IMG/VR virus record: IMGVR_UViG_3300021255_000099
Origin: an uncultured virus (IMG/VR IMGVR_UViG_3300021255_000099)
Lineage: Duplodnaviria > Heunggongvirae > Uroviricota > Caudoviricetes > Schitoviridae
Reading direction: 5' to 3' (one strand)
Length of the DNA stretch: 20,000 nucleotides
This document shows positions 6,125 through 16,600 of the stretch, piece by piece (within the stretch, counting starts at the first letter, position 1; the number at the start of each line of letters is the position of its first letter). The notes beneath the pieces are model-generated. The model was not told where the DNA came from and did not search any database. It saw only the letters and a program-made list of their open reading frames with translations. A program made the translations under genes and the position numbers.

Positions 6125-6554
6125 TATTTACGGAACTCTTGTAATGGTTGGATGCATTCTTGGCTACGGAGTGACATCCTCCCATTACAAGTCCAAGCTC
6201 CTGGCTTTAGACAGCCAGTACAAGGAAGCTGTCATCGAAGCAAGGAGCCAGGAAGAGAAATGGAGAAAGCTGTCCGATGAACAGGAAGCTGAATACAGGA
6301 AAAAGCTTGATTCTATTGTCAGGAATAATGACAAGCTTGTTAAGCAGCTGCGCAAACAACTCGCAGCAATCTCTTCCTCTGGAATGCCCAAGAATGCAAG
6401 AACCTCCTCCATCCCTGATGATTCCTCCGGAAGAACCAAAGTGGCAAACGAGGTTGGAGACCTTGCTGAATTCTCTTCTCAGTGCGCTAAAAGAGCAGAC
6501 GAACTCATCCTCCAAGTAGACGGTCTCCAGAAGTTCATCAAATCAGTGCGTTGA
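6105..6554 (+). CDS. i-spanin (Rz-like)
   Basis: N-terminal TM helix (ALSIYGTLVMVGCILGYGV), long coiled coil, and C-terminal helix ..RADELILQVDGLQKFIK typical of Rz. It contains an embedded lipoprotein gene. Confidence 0.85.
   Translation: MDLRALSIYGTLVMVGCILGYGVTSSHYKSKLLALDSQYKEAVIEARSQEEKWRKLSDEQEAEYRKKLDSIVRNNDKLVKQLRKQLAAISSSGMPKNARTSSIPDDSSGRTKVANEVGDLAEFSSQCAKRADELILQVDGLQKFIKSVR
6277..6519 (+). CDS. o-spanin (Rz1-like lipoprotein), fully embedded in +1 frame
   Basis: Signal peptide II with lipobox LSS-C25 and Pro-rich mature region CPRMQEPPPSLMIPPEEP. GGAG upstream; lambda-like embedded architecture. Confidence 0.85.
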   Translation: MNRKLNTGKSLILLSGIMTSLLSSCANNSQQSLPLECPRMQEPPPSLMIPPEEPKWQTRLETLLNSLLSALKEQTNSSSK

Positions 6555-6560
6555 TTTATT

Positions 6561-6616
6561 TCCCTTGGATCAATCGGTGAGATCTGTGCGCAGATCGGAA
6601 CGAAAGATCCAAGGGA
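6561..6616. other. Long interrupted hairpin in intergenic region
   Basis: TCCCTTGGATC (6561-6571)/GATCCAAGGGA (6606-6616), TCG/CGA, and an inner GATCTG-TGCG-CAGATC. Confidence 0.7.
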
Positions 6617-6637
6617 TTACTTTATTTGGAGATAGAG

Positions 6638-6910
6638 ATGATTGCAGAAGATTATGAAAAACTCTTTGATGTTATGAAGTTATTTGGGCTGGCAGACAAA
6701 GATACTAAAAACAGAATGCTTTGTGATCTTCGAGAGCTTTATTATTGCATTCTGGGTTTTCATGATTGCTTAGAAATTGCTTTGCAGGAAGTCAAAGGTT
6801 TGAACGAAGAGGCAATTAAGGAATTGATGCAGAAAAGCAAAGAACTGAGAAATAGAATCTATCCCATATATTCTGCTTTGAAACAGCTTCAACCTGAGGA
6901 ATCCAGATAA
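6638..6910 (+). CDS. Hypothetical helical protein
   Basis: GGAG RBS before ATG 6638; its stop overlaps the next ATG (TAATG). Confidence 0.65.
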   Translation: MIAEDYEKLFDVMKLFGLADKDTKNRMLCDLRELYYCILGFHDCLEIALQEVKGLNEEAIKELMQKSKELRNRIYPIYSALKQLQPEESR

Positions 6911-7131
6911 TGAACTTTGGGAAGATCAGGGATACTCTCCAGCTTCTAGGTATGTATGAGGATATGGAAGAGTTTGGATCCAAGGTGGAATTCTCTATTT
7001 CTCTTCTGGCTACAGCCTTGGATCATCTGGATGAACCAGAGATCATAAAGACAAGCCTTACCTATGCTATCAGGGAATTGACTGAGATAGAAGCTGAATT
7101 GAACAAGTACAACGGAATCAAACAGGACTGA
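6910..7131 (+). CDS. Hypothetical protein
   Basis: 73 aa, GAGG RBS, coupled to the upstream gene; last + strand gene before the convergence point. Confidence 0.65.
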   Translation: MNFGKIRDTLQLLGMYEDMEEFGSKVEFSISLLATALDHLDEPEIIKTSLTYAIRELTEIEAELNKYNGIKQD

Positions 7132-7158
7132 AATTATTAATAACTTATGATAAATATT

Positions 7159-7196
7159 AATAAAATCCCCCAGCAGGCTGCAACCTAGCTGGGGGA
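7159..7196 (-). terminator. Rho-independent terminator at the convergence point (mainly - strand, possibly bidirectional)
   Basis: TCCCCCAGC (7166-7174)/GCTGGGGGA (7188-7196) with inner AGG/CCT; followed on the - strand by TTTTATT. Confidence 0.8.
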
Positions 7197-7248
7197 ATTC
7201 ACTTGAAGGCTAAATCAAATCAACGAGAACATTATAGCCTAATTGCTC

Positions 7249-7605
7249 TTAATTAATCAAGATCCAATCATTGGCAAACATATCCTCACCGCACACATTG
7301 TAGGGATACTTGGTTTCTTCTCCCTTGTCAATGTCGTACCAATAAGGCATAGTCCTTCCAATCGAGTCTTCCTTTGCACAGACTCCCATCAGGGAACCTT
7401 CACAAATCCATTTCTGCCTGGAAACACAGACAATGTGCTGTTCTGCATTTTCACTGCTCGTGTAAACGCTCCAGACCGAAGAGAAGGATCCATCCACTTC
7501 AGTCTCTTTCTTTTCGTCCTTAGACTCTTCATTGTCTTCCTCAGCAGCTTCTTTAAGCATCTGGATCATTGCACTCAGGAACTCATCAAATTCATCTTTC
7601 TTCAT
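7249..7605 (-). CDS. DUF2829 / Tad2-like protein with acidic N-terminal extension
   Basis: AAGGA RBS. SF...V-S-R-Q-K-W..G, MPY, and C-terminal PY.V..EDMFANDWILI match the DUF2829 pattern (F..A...V.R.GW...PY...W.PS..D.LA.DW). Confidence 0.6.
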   Translation of the reverse strand: MKKDEFDEFLSAMIQMLKEAAEEDNEESKDEKKETEVDGSFSSVWSVYTSSENAEQHIVCVSRQKWICEGSLMGVCAKEDSIGRTMPYWYDIDKGEETKYPYNVCGEDMFANDWILIN

Positions 7606-7643
7606 TGGTTCAATCCTTTTGATTAAAGGTATTTAATTATAGA

Positions 7644-10600
7644 TTAAATCAGGCAACCAAGCAGTACTGCAAGAGGATGCATTGCAATGCCCCTGAAGAT
7701 CATACCCAGACCAATTGAATACCCAATGTCTCCTGTGAGTGTCTTGGTGATCCAGTTGTCAGTTAATAAAGAACCAGTTCCCAAAGTTTCTGCTGCTGCT
7801 GCACCAAATACAGTTCTCGCAGGATTCATCATCATGGAAAGAATCGTAGCGGGAATAATCCTGTATTTGTACATCATGAACCAGAGGATTCCCATGCGGT
7901 TAAGGTATTCACGCCCAGGAGTAGTGAACTGATCATAGTCAACGAACAGAGTGGAAACAATGGCATTTGCCTGGTGAGGTTCCATCCGGACATTCCGGTA
8001 CTTGGAATATTCGGTCAGGTACTTGTAGCCAATGCCTTTGCAGAGCCAGTCGGTGTAGTTGACTGCTTTGGTCAAAAGCTGGAAGATTTCAGAATTCTTG
8101 GTCATCAAAGCATTGGCTCCAAGAGTCTTCAATCCTTTGGGCATCTTGTCCACCACAGTTTCAAGCATGTCGCCAATTGTTTGTTTGCCGATTTCCAGCT
8201 CTTCAAAGACTCTACCTTGGGACGAAATGGTGGAATACTCACCTCCCTGAATCAAGGGATACAGGCTGAGGTTCTTCATCCTGGTTTCGTTCATGGCAAT
8301 TTTCTTCTCGTACTGGTCTTTGAGAGCCGCATTCTCAGCCTTGGTAGCCCTGTACTTCAACTCTTGGTTCTGGTGATACAGACGGTTGTACAACTCAGTT
8401 TCTGCATAGCATTCCTTCATGAGACGGATGATCTCACGGAAAGGAATATTCAGCGAATACCTGAGGATAATGAGGTTACTGACTGCATTCAAAGCAGGAA
8501 CCTTCAGGGACCGGATGATTATCGTGTCCCGAGCGTACGAGGTTAATCCGCCAAGAGCAGCTTCGGCATTCAAAACCTTGTGCCGTGCTTTCTTGCCAAG
8601 AACCAGATCCAGAATGCCCGCAAGGGCCAGTTCACATCCGGATGGCAACAGGAATTTTTCATCGTAAATATCCACAAGGGACTTGCGTTCATAACCAAGA
8701 ACTGTATAAACAAGATCCTTTCTGATGTAGAAATGATCTCCAAAGTATTTCTTGGCTTCTTCTTTGACCCGGATATCGATCTTTTCCCATGCCTGCCTGA
8801 TCACAGGATCTGCGGAATGAGCGACGTCAATGAATTCATTCTTCTTTTCAGAAGAAGAAGCTTGGTCGAAATCATCCCAGCAATCTTTGATGACTTCGAT
8901 ATTGTTGTCAATAGCAAACTGTTCACGTTCCTGCCTGGATCTGTACTGAGCAATGCCTGTGAAAATATCCCTGTTCTCATCCAGGTATTTGCGATCTTCC
9001 TGGGGAACAGACCGTTCATATCCAATGACAGAACCATCGAGGTCATACATGGGAATAACAAACTGTTCCTTGTTATTCTTGTTGGATCCCCTCTTCGTAT
9101 ATAACCGATCCAAAGTATTTACTGCAGAGATATGCGTGCCTCTGGCTTCACCACGACTTCGGTTATTGATCTGGAATCCAAAGGCAGTGCTGTTGATGTT
9201 CTGGAACAGCCCTTCAAGGAATTCTCTCGGATGAGGAACCTTGGTCCACATTCTGACCATTGGTTCGGAATTATCAAGGGAATCCGCCTGATATGCACCA
9301 ATCAGGACAAAGCCCTCACTTTCATACCTTTCCTGCTGACGGGCAGGAACAATGATGTACTGTCCCGAAGGAATGGATCCACGAGGTCTCCATCCCTTGA
9401 AAGCTTTGATTGAGTGCCTCTCTTCCACACGCTTGGTTTCGATGTCCTTGATATCGTACAGCTGATCGAAGAGAGTGTTCATACCTTTTGTTTCATTAAG
9501 GTAGAACTGTTTCGCTTGTTCTTTCTCTGCCGGAGTGAGCAAATCAATGGCGTACATCGTGGCAAGACGATCAATACTGTGAACCACAGTGCTGTGCTGA
9601 GGATCATATTCCCGCTCCCCGAAAGAACGGGAAATAGCAGTTGCATTGGTCAGGAGATTCCAAGAGATCTTGCCAAGCATCAGATATTCAGCCAATTCCT
9701 TGGCTTTCTTCTGATAATGCTTTGCCTGGTCATCTCCGACCATATCAACCAAATGCTTTTCTTCCTTGCTGATTGCCTGGCTCAGTTTGTTGGCATCAGT
9801 AAAGACCTGCCGAGCTTCATCACGACCCAAGGTAGTGATATCCGTAGCTCCGAGAATCCTGTCGAGGAAAGTTCTTTCTGCACGAGAGAGCTTCCTGGAG
9901 AATTCATTCAGAAGCCTTGCTGGCAAATCCTCAAGAAGTTCTTTGCGGTTCTTGTCTTGGAAACCATTGATACTCTTTAACCTTTCATGGAACTTTTGCA
10001 GAGTAGGAACACGTCCATAAACATCAGACAGCCAACCAACAACATTGACATCCTTGACAACTTTGTTGGTCCAATGCCTGAAGGATTCCATTACTGTAGT
10101 GTAAACATTAAGAGCATCTTCCCTGAGTTCTTTGGAACCTTCCCGAATTAATTCCGCAGCTTTATGATTGCCTCGGGCTTCCAGGAATTTGATGGTGCCA
10201 ACCCTGAAAGCTCCGTTCACCCAATCAAAGATCATGCTGTCAATTTTTTCAGCAAGATCTTCAGGAGGATTGTTGATTAATTCCTGCTGCTGTTTCGTGG
10301 CAGAATCCAGTTTGCCCAAGATAGACTGGTTTTTGATGTTCTGGTTCAGAAGCCTGTCTAACAAGCTGTTTTCAGTTTTTTCAATAAGCCTCCTGAGAGA
10401 ATATGCAGGAGCCTTGGATTCAGTTTTGTTCTTGGGTTGCCTTAAATTACTCAAGCTTTCCTTGATGTCGGGATCTGCAAGCATCAGAGCCAACAGGAGA
10501 GCAGGTCTTGCAAAGTCTTTCCTGAGAAGAGGAATATCCTTTTTAACGCTATTTTCGTACCGAGCATCCTTGCCTGTGACCAGGTTGTACAGAGTCAAAG

Positions 10601-13600
10601 CCTGTTCCTGTTCTTCAGGCGTAGCAGCATTCTTGTCTTCCAAGAACACTTCATAAGAAGGAATCTGTTCAACAATATCAGCATAGAAATTGGCAAGATC
10701 CCTTCTGTCCGAAGGATTCAAAATATCCTCGAACATCAGTGCTTTGGTAGCAAGAGCAATGTCTCTTGCCTGGTCAGGCATAAAGCAAGGCCTCAGCAAA
10801 CCTTCGAGATTATTGACGAATTGCTCGTGTTGTTTAATAACCTTGCTGATTACTTTATTTGTTTTATCTAAGTAATCCCCTCGGGGGAGTTTGTGCGGAT
10901 AAGATGCTCTGGCAAGAGCTGTGTACAAAGATATTCCGCCTCTGCCGTCTGCAACGGACATTTCAGCCATGCCGACTTTCGCAAACCTTTGTGTGGGTTC
11001 AGCGGAAGAAGTATCCGTAGTTCTGGCATTATTTTCCACTGCACGAAGAATTGCCATTGTGGCTGTGCTGAACATCGAGAAGAAATCATTGAAGATTTCT
11101 GCGTCGTTCTCCATGCTGGTTTTCGGCGGTTTCGTCGGATCCCTATACAACCAAGCATCAAAGTATTTGGCAAGAGGCTTTCTGGTTATCTTGAAAGCAC
11201 TCTTAATAACTTTGCCCACAGAACTCAGCAGATTCCTGAAGACACTGCGAAGATTCTGGACTTCCTCTTCAGAAGCATTCAAATGAATGTGCTGGCTCAG
11301 ATAATTGAATGCATCCTTGTTGGTAAGGACATAAGCAATGGTTTCATCCACAGCCAGAGCCAGGCGTTCAACACTGCCCGGATCCTCAGGATCCACAGCA
11401 ATCGTACCAAGATTGATGTCTTCCCAGTATTCTTTGATAATCTGGAGAACACGGGGAAGATCAACACTGTCAACAGAGACTCCGGACACTGGAGCCAGGA
11501 AAGTATCCTGCATCAGCTTGACCAGGGACATCACTGCCTTGTAGCCTTCAGGATCTCCCTGGGGACCCTTGGCAATAATCTGCTTGATTCCAAGGGTCAA
11601 GGCGGCATGAGTGAATTCATGAGCCAGGAAGTCCTGGTTTGCTGCTGCAGACAAAGCCTGGAAAGGATCTTTGATGGATTTGTCCTGGTTCAGGATATAG
11701 ATGGTTGCACCATCACTTGTAACATCAATGACCGAGAACTCAGTGTTCTGTGCTGCTTGTGCCCGCAGATGTTCAGGCAATCTGGAAATGTCATTGACAA
11801 TGACCAGATCCAAGTTCTTGGGAAGAAGCCTTAAAACAATGCTAGCAATCGCATCAAACAACCTGCGTTGCAGAGTGCGCTTGTTTCCATACCTGTCTGC
11901 AATCCGCTTGAAGACATCCCGAGCGACATCATACACAGCTTTGGGATTGGAAGCATCCTGCCGTTTGGTAAGCACCCAGTTCTGGGCTTCAGCTTTCCGA
12001 GCTTCCTGTTCAGCCTTGGAAGCTTCCTTTCGGGCTGCTTTGGCAAGTTCACGTTCCTGCTTGCGCTGCTCATATTCTGCCTGTTGAGCAGCTTTGTCTG
12101 CTTCACGCAAGCTTTCTTCGGAAGGAGCATTTTCCTTGAGTTCCTGAGAACTAGTTTCTCCCAGAATGGCTTGAATATTGTCAACGATAGCTTTGCGGTT
12201 GTCATACGCATCATCAATGGGAGTATCACTGTACCTGAGATCCCGCTGGCAAATTCGCATTTGCTCATCAGACAACATCTTGGTCTTGCTTTGGATTCTT
12301 TCTTGGATCAGATGCTCAATAATCGGCTTGTCTATTGCATACGCAGGATCATCCTTCATTGCCTTGAGCCGAGCCATGGCAATGGTATTCTTGTATGCAG
12401 CATTAAGATCCGTTAAATCCCTGAATTGGTTGTCTGTATTAAGACTGTCTAAAACAGCTTTGGCTTCTTCAACAGAAACAGGATTTCCGTACACAAAAGC
12501 GCAATTGCTGATGCCAGAGTAATGGTTCATTGAACCAGGCAAGCACTTTTGGGCGTAATTATTGACCAGTTCATTAAACCAGCAAGACCTGTAATAAGCG
12601 AAGATTCCCTTGAGATCTGCCCTGAGTTCGGAATCAACACTGTTCCTGGTTCCCTTGAAATTCGAATTCTTGTTGAAAATATCGAAATTCATGGTGGAAT
12701 TGACTTCTGTCATTCCAACCAGTCTCTTGATGATTCCGTCGATACCGCCGTATTCACCTAAACCAAGAGCTTTCTTCAGGTCAAGGTAATCATCGGTAAT
12801 ATCTTCGCCATCAAAGGTCTTGCCATTTTTCAACTGGATTAGGCAATCAATGATCGCATCCTCAGTAGAAGCGTCTTCTTTGGCATAACCATAGTGTTTT
12901 AATTGTTTTGCAAGAAAACCTAAGTTCTTGAGGATGCTGTCCATGCGCCTTTGGGTCTGAGCATAGTAATCAGCGACATTCATTAAGTATCCAAGAACCC
13001 TTGCGTATTCAGGCTTAATGGAAATGCCATCGAACATCTGGTTAATGTCCAGATTGATCCCAAGCATATTGCAAATGCGATTCAGCTTGAGAACCATTGC
13101 TGCATCACCAGTGCCTTGCACAGCAAGAGCACCACCAGAAATTCTGGTGTCACCTGCAAAGACATTTGAACGGTAAACCGAATAATCCTGCCGATCTTTG
13201 TCAGCATCCTCGACAATAGGCTTGTCGCTCATCCGGTACTGGTTCTTGGATGCAACAACCTTGACCCCATCGCTGAAAGTCAGCTGTGCCATGAAATTGT
13301 TTACCCGCTGGTGGGAATCTTCTTTTTCAAAAGCAGTGGAGTCTTTGTATCCTTTGTTCCTAACGTATTCGGTAGCTTCAACCCCTCGTTGGATGCAGGT
13401 AAAGATGCTCATTACCTGCATAGGAATGGTCATGGCTCTCATGCTCTGGTCGCCAATGGCTTCATGCACAGCACTCTGTGCAGCCTGACCAAAATGCTTT
13501 GCAAGCGCACGGGCAAGAACTTCTTTGCCCTTGGCAGTGATCCTAAAGTTCTGGATCAGATCGTAATCCCGCTTGAGCCTGCCTTCTGAATCATATTCAT

Positions 13601-16600
13601 TACGACTTTCAATGTAAGCCATCCGCTTCTTCTTGTCATATTGAATATTTTCAGTTCTTAATTCTTCTTGGGTCAGAATATTTACAGGAAGTCCTTCGAT
13701 ATATTCCCCAAGCTCTTTTTCAGTAATGGGGAGCCAGCTGCCTTTACGAGGATCATAGGCAACAGAGAACAACTGAAGAAGTGCTTTCCTTAAGTCTGTA
13801 TAGTTAAGACCCTCGATATTAAACTCTGCATGTTCATTGGATGCAGGAGTATTCTGAAGCTCGCGTTCCTTGGCATCCAGCATACGAACCAAGGTGTCTG
13901 CAACTTTGTAGTTGTTTTCTACGTCAACCTGAGCTAAATGGGCTTCATCAAGTTTGCGAATTCCAATAGCCCGAGCCAGATCAAACAACCGGTATCCGTC
14001 TAGCTGAAGGTTGGTAACATACCTGGCAATTTCCAAAGTATCGTACATTCGGGTGAAACCAAAAGACCTGTCATCCGTACCACGCCTGGTCTTGGACCTG
14101 TTCTTGATCAGAGGAGCATCAAAGCCTTTGATGTTATGCCCGATAACAGGAGCATTTCCGACATAAGCATAAAAATCTTCAATGGCTTTTTGTTCATCTA
14201 CCAGCTTGCCTGCTGCTTCCTGAGACTCATAGTACTTGATCATCGGATTGACTTTGCCGTCAATCGTCTTGGGAAGCTCAGAAGAACCCTTGTCTAATTT
14301 GATAGTAACACTGAAAGGTTGTCCAACAGGTTTGCCTCTGAGATACTTTTGGGCATGGATTTGTGCCAATTTAACAGTCATGGGATCCACAGGTTTTCCT
14401 TCTTCACCTGTGGTTTCAGTGTCGAAAACAACAACTTCCTCTTCCCGCATGTCTTTAAGGAAAGACTTGTACACTTCAGGAAGAGTGCCTGTTGCATCGT
14501 ACATCTTGCCCAGAGCAGTAGTAATAGCCTGCTGGAGCTTTTCCTCCATTGCAGTGATGACCTGCAAGGTGGAACCATGTGCTCTCGAACCATAGTTGAT
14601 AATGGTAACCAGAGCTTTGGTCAGCGAGGTGCTGAAGTGGAAGTTGGGAGACCCAGTACGTAAGAAATCCTGGATCACCTTCGGAATATCATTCGGGTTA
14701 CCGCTGTTCGGAATGATCCAAGTATCCGAACCAGCCTTGTTCTGATACCCACGAATATGTCCCATGATCGTAAGCAGACCTTCCATTGAAGAGAGAACTC
14801 TTGTGTAGTTGGTCTGGGAAGAACGATTGCCTTCTTTTTTGGCAGTCTCGTTGTCTGCTTTGAGATGAGTGAAGAATTCACGGAGCTTATCAACCACACC
14901 TTTTTCTGCAACCTGTTTGTGGCTGTCTTGGTTTCCATGCCCATAAATGGAGTCTGTGCCGCCGTCTTTGACAGAGGTTAGGTTTGCCTGGGTAGTAGTT
15001 CTGGTTCCTTCATAGTAACCAGTCTTGGCTTGCATGTACCCTTGAGCCAGGGTATAAGCGCCAATCAGTAATCCCCAGCCTTTGTTTGCATGAGCAGGAC
15101 CGTCGTTGTTGCCGTCGATTTCAAGAGACAGGTTGGAATCAAACTTACGAAGCTGCTGGTCTTTGAAAATTTCAGGATAGTTTGCATCCTGGATGCTGAC
15201 ATACCTGACTACTTCCAGAAGAGCATTCTGCTGCTGGTCACCCAGCATTTCATAATCAAACCCAGGAATCTTCTTTTCTTTATCCCCATACTGCAATTCA
15301 TGGAGAAAATCTTTGTATGCCTGGGTTTCTTCAGCAGTTAAAGTGAATGCTTCTCCGGAAATATCTTCGACACCTGCTAGCTTGAGAAGATTTTTATCTT
15401 CGGAAGCCATGAATGCTTTGCGGAAAACACTCTTTAAAACAGGATCACTATTAATTTTTTCGTGTACCCTGGCAATGAAGTTTTCAACATTCTTTCTATA
15501 TGTGGAAATATCTTTTTTGCCAGTGGATTCACCAAGGTTGCTTGCAAGAGCAATGAACCAGTCTGTGTAAGCCTGGGAATTCTTGTCTGTCAAATCCACA
15601 GGGCCAAGCTTCTCATGGATAAAGGCACGAAGAGGTTTGTTGCTCTGCGGATTCACAGAACCAACCAAACCAATACGACTGTTCTTCCAGACAGTAGCCT
15701 TGAAGTACAACTCAATGTCATCAATGTTCATTCCTTTGGGAAGTTCCAGGAACACAGATGCCATATAGTTGAAAGCAAGCCAACGGGACAATAACTGTCC
15801 TTCCTTGGACTTGAAATCTTCCTGGTTCGAGAATGCACGATCTCCTGCGATAGGCAGAGGTTTCTGGACTGCGAAGGATCCCCTGAGTCCACCAAGAGCC
15901 AGTTGCAAACCAAGGTAAGCTTTATTGACTTTCTTGGCTCTGGTTTCTTCTGCCCGCACAGCCAGCTTCTGTTCTTCAGTGGCTGCAACAGGAGTATGTG
16001 CAATATTGATATGCTCCCGTGCCTTGGGAGCTTCATTAATATAGATTTCCCTGTTCTGCATGGAGCAGCAAAGATGCTTCAGCACAAATTTGTCCTGCTT
16101 GAAGATTCCTTTGAGATCATCCCGGACAGTGACAATAGGCAATTCATGCGTGCTGATTTCAGAATCATCAACAGTTCTTGCATCTACCTTGGCAGTTTCA
16201 CGGCTGATAAATCCAGCGTCTTCAACAATGTTCGCCATGAAATTAGCCATTTCAGCGATCAAGGTTTCCTGCTCCATGGCAGACCGATCATTGGAATTTT
16301 CGATATTTTCTGTAATACCGAAAAATTCTTTGGTCATGTTGACCAATGCTGCCATAGCCAGAGGAGCAACTTCTCCTCCCAGATATACAGTGTCTGAATC
16401 ATTTTCCAAGAGAAGCCCCAAGTGAGCCAATTCTTCAGCAGTAGCTTCAGAAGTGCCAGCAGTCATGGATGCAATCCACTGCACCATGATGATCTGCATG
16501 ATTTCCTTGGTTTTTTGATCCAGTTTGCCGTTCTTGATCAACTTGGGGAACTGAGCATACTTAACCCCATTGGCAAGCCTCTGCACCATGGCTTGCTCAA

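Noticed and set aside
7134..7163. AT-rich palindrome TTATTAATA...TATTAATAA
   Set aside because: It could be an operator, but such symmetry arises easily in nearly pure A/T sequence; no further support.
7243..7626. 127-aa + strand ORF
   Set aside because: Antisense to the better-supported DUF2829-like gene, which has an RBS and family motif.
13870..14450. Exonuclease insert as an intein or mobile intron
   Set aside because: No N-terminal Cys/Ser splice block, no His-Asn followed by Cys/Ser/Thr, no LAGLIDADG or HNH motif, and the frame is uninterrupted. It reads as a fused domain.
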